This document shows, piece by piece, positions 9,130 through 19,991 of a stretch of 64,000 nt of DNA. Position numbers and translations under genes: made by a program. Location of the stretch: contig CAWFOM010000001.1 in the NCBI GenBank assembly GCA_963817385.1, positions 324,881 to 388,880 of the forward strand. The letters are read 5' to 3'. Below the pieces are notes generated by a model that was not told where the DNA came from, ran no database searches, and worked only from the letters and a program-made list of their open reading frames with translations. This DNA comes from an uncultured delta proteobacterium. GTDB lineage: Bacteria; Desulfobacterota; Syntrophia; Syntrophales; UBA5619. Every line of letters begins with the position of its first letter. Position 1 is the stretch's first letter.

Positions 9130-10032
9130 ATGAAAACTTACTCATTTCCCGTTCTCCTGTTCGTTTTTTTCGCGGCAGGTTGTGCTCACGGTCCTGATCC
9201 CGCCCCTTCCCCCGCATCGCCGGCTGCGTCTTCGCAGGCCCGGCAGACCATTGTTGTCTCCGATCCGGTGCAGGTTCCCGCTCCTTCCCCCGAGATGCAG
9301 GTCAAATCCGAAACCAAGAGCGTCGTCGATGACTATGCGGATATCGATGTTTCCGAGAAGGCAAGCGAGGAGGCAAGGCCTGAGATTGCCGACCCCCTGG
9401 AGCCCTTCAACCGGGCCATGTATCACTTCAACGACAAACTTTACTTCTGGGTGCTCAAGCCGGTCGCGCAGGGATATGGGAAGGTTGTCCCCGAGGCCGC
9501 GCGGATCAGTGTAGGGAATTTCTTTTCAAACCTTGCCTTCCCGATCCGTTTCGTCAATTGCCTGCTCCAGGCGAACTTCGAGGGAGCGGCCACGGAACTC
9601 GGCCGCTTCACGGTAAACACCCTGTGGGGTATCGGGGGGATAATGGATCCCGCCGCGAGTAAGGATATCAATCTCTTGAAACAGGATGAGGACTTTGGTC
9701 AAACCTTGGGCGCCTATGGATTGGGGCAGGGTTTCTTCATCAATTGGCCCGTGTTCGGGCCTTCCAGCCCTCGCGATACGGTGGGGCTGGTCGGCGATGG
9801 ATTCCTCACCCCTTCCAACTATCTCAGCCCCTGGTATGCCTCAACGGGAGCCTGGGGGTATGAAAAAGTGAATGACACCTCCCTGAAGATCGGCGACTAC
9901 GAGTCCCTCAAAGAGGCCGCTATCGATCCCTACGTGGCGATCCGCGATGCCTATGTCCAATATCGGCTGAAGCAGGTAAACCGGAAGGGCGGGAGCGCGC
10001 CCGCGGAAGATTCCGGATTACCGAAAAAATGA
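9130..10032 (+). CDS. mlaA: MlaA/VacJ lipoprotein
   Basis: Lipobox FAAGC; DPLEPFNRAMYHFND; EDFGQTLG; GPSSPRD; DPYVAIRDAY. Confidence 0.93.
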   Translation: MKTYSFPVLLFVFFAAGCAHGPDPAPSPASPAASSQARQTIVVSDPVQVPAPSPEMQVKSETKSVVDDYADIDVSEKASEEARPEIADPLEPFNRAMYHFNDKLYFWVLKPVAQGYGKVVPEAARISVGNFFSNLAFPIRFVNCLLQANFEGAATELGRFTVNTLWGIGGIMDPAASKDINLLKQDEDFGQTLGAYGLGQGFFINWPVFGPSSPRDTVGLVGDGFLTPSNYLSPWYASTGAWGYEKVNDTSLKIGDYESLKEAAIDPYVAIRDAYVQYRLKQVNRKGGSAPAEDSGLPKK

Positions 10033-10145
10033 ATCCGTCGGCAAGCACAGTGCCCGCGGTTGCCGCGGGGTAGCGAGTAAAAACAAAATGGTTTGTTCCT
10101 CTTAAGGATCGAAGATTCTCCGCAGCTTGCTGCGGAGAGCTTCCA
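10030..10145 (+). mobile_element. ~117 bp miniature palindromic element, copy 2
   Basis: TGAATCCG...GCCGCGGGGTAGCGAGTAAAAAC...GGATCGAAGATTCTCCGCAGCTTGCTGCGGAGAGCTTC; inverted relative to copy 1. Confidence 0.7.
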
Positions 10146-10163
10146 TAAGAAGGATGCGTTCAT

Positions 10164-10946
10164 ATGAAAAGTCTTCATGTCATCGTAGCTATCGTATTCG
10201 TCATCCTGATTGCCCCGCAAAGTACGGCTGCGGCCGGACTCTTCGGGCCGCCCGAACCCATTGCAAAAGAGGCGGGGGGATTGCATACCGGCATCGGATA
10301 TTGGTTTCATGAGGATACCTATAAAAATGGCGTGGAGCAGGTGACCCGGCAGAATCAGGTCTATTCGGAGTTGGGTTACGGATCGAGGAATGGTTGGGAA
10401 ATCACCGCCAGAGTCGGGATGTCGGATTTAACATGTATCGATGCCTTCAATTCCTCGACCGCTTCGACGGCCACGTCCCGGAAGGATTTTGAAGAACACG
10501 GGAAATTTTTTGGCACGGCAGGGGCAAAGGGGTTTTATCCTTTCAACAGGACATTCGGCATGGGGGCATTTATCCAGGGGACCTATTACTTCAGTGACTT
10601 CACCGATACCGTTTCGGGAACTCGAAACGGCGTACCCTTTTCGGTCGAACTCCGGGTAAAGAATTTATGGGAGATGAATTTCGGCATGGGCTTTCAGGTC
10701 ACCGTCCCCTATGGTATAAAGATGTATATCGGACCCCACGTCCATTACTCGGAATTAACGGTATCGCCATCCGCGGACGTCGCCGGTGTTGCATTCGCAT
10801 CGGGGGAGTCGACCATGAAAAACAAGACGGGGCTCGGAGGATTTGCCGGGATCGAGGTACCACTGGCAAAGGGATTCCGTCTGAATCTGGAAGGGCAGTA
10901 TACCGAGAGGTTGTCCGCCGGGGCTGCCGTCATCTATGTATACTAA
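10164..10946 (+). CDS. Putative outer-membrane beta-barrel protein
   Basis: Signal peptide, Gly/aromatic-rich amphipathic strands, C-terminal aromatic residue (VIYVY). Confidence 0.7.
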   Translation: MKSLHVIVAIVFVILIAPQSTAAAGLFGPPEPIAKEAGGLHTGIGYWFHEDTYKNGVEQVTRQNQVYSELGYGSRNGWEITARVGMSDLTCIDAFNSSTASTATSRKDFEEHGKFFGTAGAKGFYPFNRTFGMGAFIQGTYYFSDFTDTVSGTRNGVPFSVELRVKNLWEMNFGMGFQVTVPYGIKMYIGPHVHYSELTVSPSADVAGVAFASGESTMKNKTGLGGFAGIEVPLAKGFRLNLEGQYTERLSAGAAVIYVY

Positions 10947-11189
10947 CGCGTGGAAACCGTGACCGGTCAGTTCCGCGCTTTTCCCTCGCCCTGACCCGGC
11001 AATGCTTCAATCCTGCGTCGTCGATCCTGACCCTTCGGCATTCCCCGGAAAAATCGAACTGAATGACAGCCCTGGTTCACTTTTTCTGTCTTGCAGGATG
11101 GGCTGCCGGACAATGGCCATGTCGTCAAGGATGGCCGATATCTCCTCCGGCATATTTGTGAAGCTGACCCGCAGAGCCTGAAAAAAAGC

Positions 11190-11237
11190 TTGACATATTG
11201 TGTTTTGTGTACAATATCCAAAAATAATGTGTATGCA
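11190..11237 (+). promoter_or_regulatory. Promoter region of the first tct operon with possible GntR (FadR-type) boxes
   Basis: TTGACA at 11190; near-palindromes TTGTGTACAA (11205-11214) and TGTATGCA; a GntR gene lies in the same island. Confidence 0.4.
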
Positions 11238-11392
11238 TGATGAGAGTGGGTTGCGCATGGGTGACAATAGAGACTCATCGTGAGTGATCAGGACGTTTAT
11301 CGTCTCCTGAGCGATTCAGCATGACGGGCGTGATCGTATGGGCAATGGCGGGGATTCTTCCCGCCAAATTTACTCTTGAAAGGAGCAGTTAG

Positions 11393-12412
11393 ATGAAGAA
11401 ACAATTAGCTGTACGAAGTGTTATTCGCATGGTGCTTCTCGTTGGGGCAATCGGTATGCTGTCGCACACAGCGGCGCTGACGGGTTATGCCGCAGGCGCG
11501 CAATACCCTGCCAAGCCGATCCTTTTCGTCGTGCCTTACGCGCCGGGTGGCGGCACCGACATCATGGTGCGCGTGATCGACAGGGTCGGCACCCAGCTCA
11601 AGGTTCTTCCGCAGCCGCTGGTGATCGAGAACAAGAGCGGGGGGAGCGGCGTGGTCGGAAAATCGTACGCCAAGACGAGGCCTGCCGACGGCTATACGAT
11701 CACCTGCGCGGATGACAGCAGCACCGTGGTCGATCTCTTCGGCAACGCACCCTGGCCCTACAACGACTTTACATATATCGCCAAGCTGAACCGGGATTAC
11801 CAGATGATCGTTGTCCGCACGGACTCTCCCTACAAGACGCTGAAGGATCTCGTAGCGGCAGCCAAAGCCCAGCCCAATATAATCAAGATTGGCGGCACCG
11901 GCGTTTCGCAGATCGATGTTCTTCACGTGGCTATGTTCGAAAAGGCAAGCGGAGTCAAGTTCAACTATATCGGCTTCGACAGCGGTGGTCAGGTCATCAC
12001 CAACCTCCTGGGCGGCCACATCGATACCGCCATCGCCAATCCCGGCGAGGCTTACGAGCAGCTGCGCGCCGGAAAGGTGAGGTCGCTTGGCGTCTCCTCC
12101 GAAAAACGCCTCGGTTTCGACTCCGCGGTATTCAAAGACGTTCCAACATGGAAAGAAGCCGGCGTCAACCTCTCTCTCTCTCAGTGGCGTGGCGTTGCAG
12201 GGCCGAAGGGAATGGCCAAGGAGCAGGTGGACTGGCTGACCGGCGCCCTGAAAAAGATCACCGACAGCAAGGAATGGCATGAGCAGTATCTCGACAAGTT
12301 TCTCCAGGTGGGTGTGTTCGTGTCGGGGGCCGACATGCAAAAGGAAGCTGAGGAAGAATACGCGGTCTACAAGACGATTATGGAAGGGGCCGGCCTTCTC
12401 AAGAAAAAATAA
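11393..12412 (+). CDS. tctC: TTT substrate-binding protein (Bug/TctC)
   Basis: YPAKPI.FVVPYAPGGGTD, ENKSGGSG, LLGGHID, VPTWKEAG, WRGVAGP. Confidence 0.93.
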   Translation: MKKQLAVRSVIRMVLLVGAIGMLSHTAALTGYAAGAQYPAKPILFVVPYAPGGGTDIMVRVIDRVGTQLKVLPQPLVIENKSGGSGVVGKSYAKTRPADGYTITCADDSSTVVDLFGNAPWPYNDFTYIAKLNRDYQMIVVRTDSPYKTLKDLVAAAKAQPNIIKIGGTGVSQIDVLHVAMFEKASGVKFNYIGFDSGGQVITNLLGGHIDTAIANPGEAYEQLRAGKVRSLGVSSEKRLGFDSAVFKDVPTWKEAGVNLSLSQWRGVAGPKGMAKEQVDWLTGALKKITDSKEWHEQYLDKFLQVGVFVSGADMQKEAEEEYAVYKTIMEGAGLLKKK

Positions 12413-12484
12413 TAACAAGTTTGGCTGGCGTGGGCGCAGGTTTGAGACATCTGCGCTCACGCATACATAAAGGAGGGCGGAGAG

Positions 12485-12959
12485 ATGACCGCGAGATTAG
12501 CCGATACCATCAGCGGCCTGTTTTTGATTGCCCTTGCCCTTGTTGCGGGGGTGGCTGCGCAATTCCTGCCGACCACTATCGCGAAAGAGTTCGCGGGCCC
12601 ATCCTTCATGCCGACGTTGCTCTCGATAGCATTGGCCGTCTGCGGGGCGGGCATCGTTTTTCAGGCCCGCTCCCTGCCCCCGACAAACCGGATGCCTGGC
12701 TGGTTCGATGCTGAACGGGCGGGCGCCATCCGGATCGCCGTGGTGGCCGCTGGCCGTCGCCGCGTACAACCTGCTGCTTGAGCCGCTGGGATATTTGATC
12801 GTTACCTTCGCTTTCCTTGTTTTCATGCTTTTTTACTTGAAGGTGTCATGGTTTCTAAACCTCCTCATAAGTCTTATCGCTACTATCAGCACGTATGCGC
12901 TATTCGTCATCTGGCTCAAGGTTGTGCTTCCGATGGGGCTCTTGGAGTTCTACTTCTAA
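12485..12959 (+). CDS. tctB: TTT small membrane subunit TctB, frameshifted near 12748
   Basis: GPSFMP motif in the first frame; LLEPLGYLI...LFVIWLKVVLPMG in the second; removing one C restores the frame. Confidence 0.8.
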
Positions 12960-13019
12960 CCTGAGAGTCGTGCCGCGAAACGGGTCCGCAACGGATTAAA
13001 AGGAAGGAATGCCCGCGAC

Positions 13020-14537
13020 ATGGAAATCATTCAGAACGTTCTCCTCGGGTTCGGTGTTGCGCTGCAACCGATCAATTTGCTCTACTGTTTTATCGGCTGC
13101 CTGGCCGGCACCCTGATCGGTGTGCTGCCGGGCATCGGACCCGTGACCGGGGTTGCGATCCTCATCCCGATCACGTTCGGGATGGATCCCATTACCGCCA
13201 CGATCATGCTGGCCGGCATCTACTACGGGGCCATGTACGGCGGTTCCACGACATCGATTCTGATCAACGTGCCGGGCGAATCCGCCTCGGTCATGACCGC
13301 GGTCGATGGTTACCAGATGGCTCGACAGGGCCGGGCAGGCGCGGCCCTCGGCATGTCAGCCTTCGGTTCATTCATCGGCGGCTCGGCCTCCGTCATCGGA
13401 CTGATGTGTATCGCCCCTCCAATAGCCAAGCTTGCCCTCTCTTTCGGCCCTCCGGAGTATTTCGTCCTCATGTTGCTCGGACTTGCCACCCTAACCCGGC
13501 TGGCCGGTAAGAATCTTTTTAAGGGTTTGGGGATGGGATTTCTGGGAATGCTGATCGGCACCGTCGGTCTTGACCCGGTGGCCGGGGTCCAGCGGTTCAC
13601 CTTTGGCCGGGCGGACTTGCTGGACGGCATTGGGTTTGTATCGGTTGCCATGGGTCTTTTTGCTCTTGGCGAAATATTTATCAATCTCGAGGGTTCGCCT
13701 GCGGAACGGGTCTTTTCCTCGCAGATCGGGTCTGTCTTGCCGACCAAGTCGGATTGGCTGGCCTGCAAATGGACGTTTGTCCGCTCGACGATTATTGGTT
13801 TCCTCATTGGGTCTTTGCCGGGCGCAGGGGCGACGGTTTCGGCCTTCATGGCGTACGCCGCCGAGAAGAGGGCCTCCAAAACGCCGGAGAGATTCGGGCA
13901 GGGGGCGATTGAGGGGGTCTGTGCCGCTGAGACAGCCAACAACGCCGCCACCGGCGGCGCATTGGTTCCTCTGCTGACGCTGGGCATCCCATCATCCGCA
14001 ACGGTGGCAATCTTAATGGGCGCGCTGATGATGTACGGGTTGCGGCCCGGCCCGCTTCTTTTGGCGGAGAGGCCGGATTTCTTCTGGGGTGTGGTAACCA
14101 GTATGTATATCGGCAACGTCATGCTCCTGGTCCTGAATCTTCCCCTGATCGGTATGTGGATCAAAATACTCAAGGTCCCCTATCCGGTGCTCATGCCGAT
14201 CATCCTCTTGTTCATATCCCTGGGCGCTTATACGGTGGGCGGGAGTTATGTAGACCTTTGGATCATGTTCGCGTTCGGCATCGTGGGCTACCTCATGCGC
14301 AAGTTTGACTATCCGGCTGCGCCCATGCTGCTGGCTCTTGTGCTGGGGCCCATTATGGAGAAGAACCTGAAGCTTTCCCTGAAGATGTCGCACGGGAGCG
14401 TTGCCATCTTCTTTGAACGACCGATCACGCTCGTTCTCATGGCGTTGATTGTCTTTTCACTGGTGTGGCCGTTCCTGGTATCGCGGTTCTCCAGGGGGAA
14501 ACAGGCTTTCGAAGTGCCGATAGGGGATGAAATGTAG
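13020..14537 (+). CDS. tctA: TTT large permease TctA
   Basis: [46 protein letters not shown]. Confidence 0.95.
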   Translation: MEIIQNVLLGFGVALQPINLLYCFIGCLAGTLIGVLPGIGPVTGVAILIPITFGMDPITATIMLAGIYYGAMYGGSTTSILINVPGESASVMTAVDGYQMARQGRAGAALGMSAFGSFIGGSASVIGLMCIAPPIAKLALSFGPPEYFVLMLLGLATLTRLAGKNLFKGLGMGFLGMLIGTVGLDPVAGVQRFTFGRADLLDGIGFVSVAMGLFALGEIFINLEGSPAERVFSSQIGSVLPTKSDWLACKWTFVRSTIIGFLIGSLPGAGATVSAFMAYAAEKRASKTPERFGQGAIEGVCAAETANNAATGGALVPLLTLGIPSSATVAILMGALMMYGLRPGPLLLAERPDFFWGVVTSMYIGNVMLLVLNLPLIGMWIKILKVPYPVLMPIILLFISLGAYTVGGSYVDLWIMFAFGIVGYLMRKFDYPAAPMLLALVLGPIMEKNLKLSLKMSHGSVAIFFERPITLVLMALIVFSLVWPFLVSRFSRGKQAFEVPIGDEM

Positions 14538-14667
14538 CGTCCTTATTAAGGCCTTTGAAGTCTCCTGAACACCCGACGTGTGCCCCATTATGGGGTCTGT
14601 ACCGCACATCTGATCCATGTGTCTACCAAGCGGCGAAGCAGTTCTCGCTTTCGAAGGTGAATGAAAA

Positions 14668-15333
14668 ATGGTTGACAACGCAATGTATGAAATTCACCGC
14701 CAAAGCCTGTCGGACCAGGTCTACTATTATATCAAGCGCATGATTCTGTCCGGGGGGATTCGGGGCGGGGAAAAGATTCCTGAAGAAAAGGTCGCCCAGC
14801 AGTTCGGCGTCAGCCGGACACCCATCCGGGAAGCCTTGAACCGCCTGGAAGAATACGGTCTCATCAGCATAAAGCCCCGTTCCTATGCGGTCGTAGTCGC
14901 GCTCGAACCCCATGAAGCCGCCCAACTGGCGATTATCAGATCACAACTGGAAACGCTTGCGGTGAGTCTCTTGACCGATTGCGGCACCGAGGAAGATTTC
15001 CGGGGGCTGGAGCTCCTGGTGCAGGAATGCAATTCCCTGATCGCCGAAGGCGATATCGCCACCACGTTTGAAAAAGACAGCCTGCTGCATCTCGAAATCG
15101 CACGGCGCACCGGCAACCGCCATCTCTACGAGATTTGTGAAAAGCTGGATGCAAAAGTCCAGCTCCTGAGGCTTGTTCTAAGGATACCGCTGGAAAAGCT
15201 GAAAATCTATGTCAAACACCATGATGGAATCGTAGATGCAATGAAAAGGCGCGATAAAGATGCGGCTGTTGCCCTCATGAAGCATCACATCATGAACCAA
15301 CTCAATGACCAGGAGAAGGTCGATAACCGGTGA
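14668..15333 (+). CDS. GntR-family transcriptional regulator (FCD domain)
   Basis: HTH FGVSRTPIREAL; HLEIARRTGN; HHDGIVDAM. Confidence 0.92.
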   Translation: MVDNAMYEIHRQSLSDQVYYYIKRMILSGGIRGGEKIPEEKVAQQFGVSRTPIREALNRLEEYGLISIKPRSYAVVVALEPHEAAQLAIIRSQLETLAVSLLTDCGTEEDFRGLELLVQECNSLIAEGDIATTFEKDSLLHLEIARRTGNRHLYEICEKLDAKVQLLRLVLRIPLEKLKIYVKHHDGIVDAMKRRDKDAAVALMKHHIMNQLNDQEKVDNR

Positions 15334-15409
15334 CGCCGGCCGTCTGGACGGGAAGGACGGCCGTGCAGGCGTCAATCGACCGCAACCGTTTTTCGAAAAG
15401 GAGACGACC

Positions 15410-16426
15410 GTGAGCAGCAATAAACCGACGCTGGGCGTCCTATTGGGAGACTCTTCCGGGATCGGCCCCGAGATCGTCGCCAAACTCATCAGCCGCGCAG
15501 AGATTTACGAGATGGCCAATGTCGTCATCGTGGGCGACTATCGGGTTTTCCGGATGGGGCAGAAGATTGCCGGCCTTTCCCAGCCCGTCACGGTAACGGA
15601 TAATCTCGATACGGTCCGGTTCGAGGCCGGCCGGCCCGTCTTTTTGGACTATCCCACCATTTCCGACGCGGAAGTAACGGTGGGCAAGGTGAATCCCCAA
15701 TCGGGGAAGGCGGTCTTTAAGACGCTCTCCTTCATCATGGAGTTGGCGCTCGACAAAAAGATCGACGGATTTATCTTCGCGCCTTTCAACAAGGAGGCGA
15801 TGATCCTGGGGGGGATGCCCTATCACAGCGAGCTCGACTTCTTCAAGGACAAGTTCAACCGGCCGGACATCCCCGGCGAGGTGAATGTGCTGGACGACCT
15901 CTGGACCACCCGGGTGACCTCCCACATCGGGCTCGGCCAGGTCAGCGCCATGATCACCCGGGAAAATGTCCTGAAAACGATCCGGTTCATGGACCGCGTA
16001 CTCAGGACGTTCGGGATAAAAAAACCGCGGCTGGCGGTCTCCGCCCTGAACCCCCATGCCGGCGAGGGCGGCATGTTCGGCCCGGAGGAAAAAGAGGCCA
16101 TCGGGCCGGCCATCGAGGCAGCCCGGAAGGACGGGATCGACGCCGAAGGCCCCTTCCCGGCGGACACCATCTTTCTCCGGATCAAAAAGGGAAACTATCA
16201 CGCGATTGTCTCCATGTACCACGACCAGGGCCAAATCGCCACCAAGCTTCTGGGCTTCGACCGCGGCATCACGGTCCATGGGGGATTGCCGATCGCGATC
16301 GCCACACCCGCTCACGGTTCGGCATTCGATATCGCGGGCCAGGGGAAGGCCAATCCTGAGGGGCTCACCCGTGCGTTTCTGGTTGCCGGCCGCCTGGCGG
16401 CTCGCCTTAAATCTGAGGTATCATGA
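15410..16426 (+). CDS. PdxA-family dehydrogenase, probably catabolic PdxA2 type
   Basis: GDSSGIGPE, APFNKE, ALNPHAGEGG, GPFPADT, MYHDQG, HGSAFDIAG; GTG start after AAGGAG. Confidence 0.9.
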   Translation: MSSNKPTLGVLLGDSSGIGPEIVAKLISRAEIYEMANVVIVGDYRVFRMGQKIAGLSQPVTVTDNLDTVRFEAGRPVFLDYPTISDAEVTVGKVNPQSGKAVFKTLSFIMELALDKKIDGFIFAPFNKEAMILGGMPYHSELDFFKDKFNRPDIPGEVNVLDDLWTTRVTSHIGLGQVSAMITRENVLKTIRFMDRVLRTFGIKKPRLAVSALNPHAGEGGMFGPEEKEAIGPAIEAARKDGIDAEGPFPADTIFLRIKKGNYHAIVSMYHDQGQIATKLLGFDRGITVHGGLPIAIATPAHGSAFDIAGQGKANPEGLTRAFLVAGRLAARLKSEVS

Positions 16427-17982
16427 GACAAGGTCCCTATTTACTCGGCATTGATATCGGAGGAACCGGCTCCAAGGCCGGCGTCTTCACCATTGGCGGA
16501 AAACTGGTGGGAACCGGTTACGGCGAGTATCACATGATAAGCACCGTCCCCGGCCAGGCCGAACATGATGCCGAGGCGTGGTGGCTCTCGACGGTCAAGG
16601 CGGTGCGGGAGGCCATCCGCGGCGTGCCCCCCGACGAGATCCTCGCGATCGGCATCGGGTGCACGAACGGTCTCGTTGCGGTCGACCGCCAGGGCAAACC
16701 CCTGCGGCCGGCGATCATGCTCTGGGATCAGCGCGCCCTTCCGGAAGTCGACCGGATCAGGGATGTCCTTGATGCGGATACCGTTTTTGCCGTCACCGGA
16801 AATCCCGTGGCGCCCGGCGCCTATTCATTGCCGACGATCCTCTGGTTGAAACACCATGAGCCGGAAACCTTTCAGGCGGCCCACAAACTCATGGTTCCCG
16901 GCGGGTATCTGGTGGCCCGCTTCACCGGGGAGTTCACCATCGACCATTCGCGGGCCTCGACGACGCTCCTGTTCGACATCCGCAAAAAGGCGTGGCACCA
17001 GCCGTTCCTGGACGCGCTCGACATTCCTGAGGAAAAACTCCCCCGGCCGGAGCCTTCCGACCGGGTGGTCGGAACGGTAACGGAGGAAACGGCGCGCCTG
17101 ACCGGTCTCAGGCCGGGAATTCCGGTCATCGCCGGCTGTATGGACACCATCGGCGCCTCCATCGGCTCCGGAGTCATGCGGGAGGGCGAGTGTTTCGTCA
17201 TCATGGGCACCGCGGCCAGGGTCTCCGGTCCCCTGGAAAAAGCGAAATTTGACAACCGTTTCATGAACTGCACCCATGTGCTGCCCGGGCTCTGGCTCTA
17301 CATCGGGGCCGTCAACGGGGTGGGCTCCTCGCTTCGATGGATCCGCGACACGTTTTGCCAGATGGAGCAGGGGGTCGCCGACTTTACCGGCCGGGACGTC
17401 TATGATCTGATTACCGCCCAGGCAGCCCAGGCCCCTCCCGGAAGCAAGGGTTTGCTCTTTTTGCCGTACATCGCCGGCGAGCGGACCCCCATCTGGAACC
17501 CCTATGCCCGGGGGGTGTTTTTCGGCGTCACCCTCGGCCACAACCGCCATGATTTTTTCCGGTCGGTGCTGGAAGGGGCGGCCTTTGCCATCCGGCATGT
17601 CATAGAACTCCTGGAAACCGACGACGGCGTCGGCATCCGGGAATTGCGGATCGGCGGCGCCGCCGCTTCGAGCCGGGTCTGGAACCAGATCATCGCCGAT
17701 ATCCTCGGGAAAAAAGTGGTCAGCCTGACCCAAAGCCACACGGAGGTCCTGGGCGCGGCGGTACTGGCCGGAGTCAGCCAGGGCGTCTATCCGGATCTCG
17801 CCTCGGCAATGGAAAAAATCGTGGTCCCGGGAAAGGAATTTACGCCGAACGCCGAGGCGCACACCGCCTACGACCAGTTGTATCCCCTGTATAAAAAACT
17901 CTACCCGGAGGTGCAGCATCATTTCGAGGAGCTGGCGAAGATGGACCTCCCCCAGGTCTGGATAACGAAGGAAAATCAGTAA
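16423..17982 (+). CDS. FGGY-family carbohydrate kinase (xylulokinase-like)
   Basis: LLGIDIGGT, PAIMLWDQRA, FLPYIAGERTP, RSVLEG, GGAAAS.VWNQIIAD. Confidence 0.92.
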   Translation: MRQGPYLLGIDIGGTGSKAGVFTIGGKLVGTGYGEYHMISTVPGQAEHDAEAWWLSTVKAVREAIRGVPPDEILAIGIGCTNGLVAVDRQGKPLRPAIMLWDQRALPEVDRIRDVLDADTVFAVTGNPVAPGAYSLPTILWLKHHEPETFQAAHKLMVPGGYLVARFTGEFTIDHSRASTTLLFDIRKKAWHQPFLDALDIPEEKLPRPEPSDRVVGTVTEETARLTGLRPGIPVIAGCMDTIGASIGSGVMREGECFVIMGTAARVSGPLEKAKFDNRFMNCTHVLPGLWLYIGAVNGVGSSLRWIRDTFCQMEQGVADFTGRDVYDLITAQAAQAPPGSKGLLFLPYIAGERTPIWNPYARGVFFGVTLGHNRHDFFRSVLEGAAFAIRHVIELLETDDGVGIRELRIGGAAASSRVWNQIIADILGKKVVSLTQSHTEVLGAAVLAGVSQGVYPDLASAMEKIVVPGKEFTPNAEAHTAYDQLYPLYKKLYPEVQHHFEELAKMDLPQVWITKENQ

Positions 17983-18017
17983 GGCCGTCAATTACGAATA
18001 CGAAGGAGAGCGTTTAT

Positions 18018-18482
18018 ATGTCCGAATACACTATCAAGCGAACGTTTCACACGGGGTTCTGCGTCGGCGATCTCGACTGGACCATCGGCTTCTTCCAGAA
18101 CGTGCTGGGGTTCACGTTGATCGACAAGGCGCCGCGCGATCCCAGGAATCAGTCGTTCATCACCGGCGTTCCGGGGGCGCAGGTGATGATCGCCTACATG
18201 GACTGCGCGGGCCATTCGCTGGAACTGCAGGAATACAGCGGCCCCGCGGACCGTCAGGGATACCGGCCGCGCATGGTGGACATGGGCCATTTTCACGTCT
18301 CCTACGTGGTCGATGATGTGGAGGCGGTGGTGGCCGCGTGCAGGAAATACGATGACCGCATCCGAACCCTGTCGCCCACTCCCCTGGAGGTGGACCAGGG
18401 ACCCAACAAGGGCAATAAGATTCAATTCATCGTCCTTCCCGACGGCGTGCATATCGAGTTTACGACGAGGGTCCGCGACTAG
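18018..18482 (+). CDS. VOC/glyoxalase superfamily protein
   Basis: HTGFCVGDL...FF.NVLG, LELQEY, HVSYVVDD, PDGVHIE metal-ligand pattern. Confidence 0.88.
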   Translation: MSEYTIKRTFHTGFCVGDLDWTIGFFQNVLGFTLIDKAPRDPRNQSFITGVPGAQVMIAYMDCAGHSLELQEYSGPADRQGYRPRMVDMGHFHVSYVVDDVEAVVAACRKYDDRIRTLSPTPLEVDQGPNKGNKIQFIVLPDGVHIEFTTRVRD

Positions 18483-18580
18483 CGGAAAAGCCGTTTCTGA
18501 AACCTGCCCCCTTGCCTGCCGGTACCTTCTGCCGGATGGATGGCCGGGGGATAACCTGTTCCAACACGGAGGCTCAAATC

Positions 18581-19967
18581 ATGTACCTGGAAACACTTCA
18601 GCGCGCGGCCGGTGAAAAGACCGTCCGTGCGCTCATCATCGGCGCCGGGGAATACGGGTTTTCGTTCGTCGCCCAGTCCCGGCGGACGCCGGGCCTGACG
18701 GTGACCGCGATCAGCGACCGCCGGATAGAGCAGGGCGTTGCGGCGTTCAGGAACGCCGGCCTTCCGGAGGAGGCGATCGCGGTTTGCGAGACCAAGGCCC
18801 AGGCAGAGGCGGCGCTCGCGGCGGGCAAGAGTCGTCGTCTCGAACGACGCGCTCATGCTCATGCAGCTGCCGATCGACGTCGTCGTGGAGGCGACGGGCT
18901 CCCCCGAGGGCGCGACCTTTCATGCCGATGCGGCCCTCAAGAACGGCAAGCACGTGGTCATGGTGTCCAAGGAGGCGGACATCGTTCTCGGGCCGCTGTT
19001 CCACCGGCGGGCCAAGGCGGCGGGGCTGGTCTATTCGCCGGTGGACGGCGATCAGCCGTGCCTGCTCATGCAGATGGTCGTCTGGGCGCGGGTGCTCGGG
19101 CTCGAGATCCTGTGCGCGGGCAAGACGAGCGAGTATGATTTCGTGTACGACCAGGCCGCCGGGCAGGTCACGAGCCTGGACCGCGTCACGGACGCCACCG
19201 GGTTCGATCCGCTCTGGGTCCGCGGAAACCGCGATATCCGAAGCCTGATCGACGCGCGGGCGGCGGCATTGACCGAGATCCCCCAGCATACGGTTCCCGA
19301 TCTCGTGGAAATGGGAATCGTGGCCAACGCGACCGGTCTTGTGCCGGACACCCCCGCGTTCCATGCGCCTATCGCCCGCACGCAGGAAATTGCCGACATC
19401 CTCGTGCCGGCCGGGATGGGCGGGATCCTCGGCGGGACCAACAGGGTGGACGTCGTCAACCAGCTCCGGCGCCCCGACGAGGCCAGCTTTGCCGGCGGCG
19501 TCTTCGTCGTGGTCCGCTGCGAGGACCGCAAATCATGGGAGGTCCTGCGGGCCAAAGGCCATGAGGTCAACCGCGCCGGCGATGCGGCGATGATCTACCG
19601 GCCCTCGCATCTGCTGGGCGTGGAATCGGCGACGACGGTCCTTGCCGCCGCGCTTCACGGGATGTCGTCCGGCACGGAAGACGTCCGGCCCCGCTTCGAC
19701 GTGGTCGGACGGACGAACCGACCTCTCCCGGCGGGCACCGTTTTGACGGTGGCCGGCCATCATCATCAGATCGCGGGGGTGGACGGACTGCTCGTCGAGG
19801 CGAAGAGGGCCGAGGGGGGCAACCCCGTGCCGTTCTACATGATGGGGGATAACCGGCTCACGCGCGACGTCCCGGCAGGAACCGTCATCACGACAGACAT
19901 GGTGCAGCGGCCGGCGGATTCCCTGCTGTGGAAGCTCCGGCAGGAGATGGAAAAGGAATTTTTTTAA
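18581..19967 (+). CDS. NAD(P)-dependent oxidoreductase with C-terminal SAF domain (COG4091-type), frameshifted near 18830
   Basis: IIGAGEYG Rossmann motif in frame 1; DVVVEATG, KHVVMVSKEAD, DGDQP, YRPSHLLG and SAF-like tail in frame 2; GGAGG before ATG 18581. Confidence 0.8.
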
Positions 19968-19991
19968 CCGGAAAAATAAAGGAGGTTCAAG

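Noticed and set aside
15410..16426. Vitamin B6 biosynthetic pdxA
   Set aside because: Catabolic context (kinase, transporters, GntR); no pdxJ, surA or ksgA nearby
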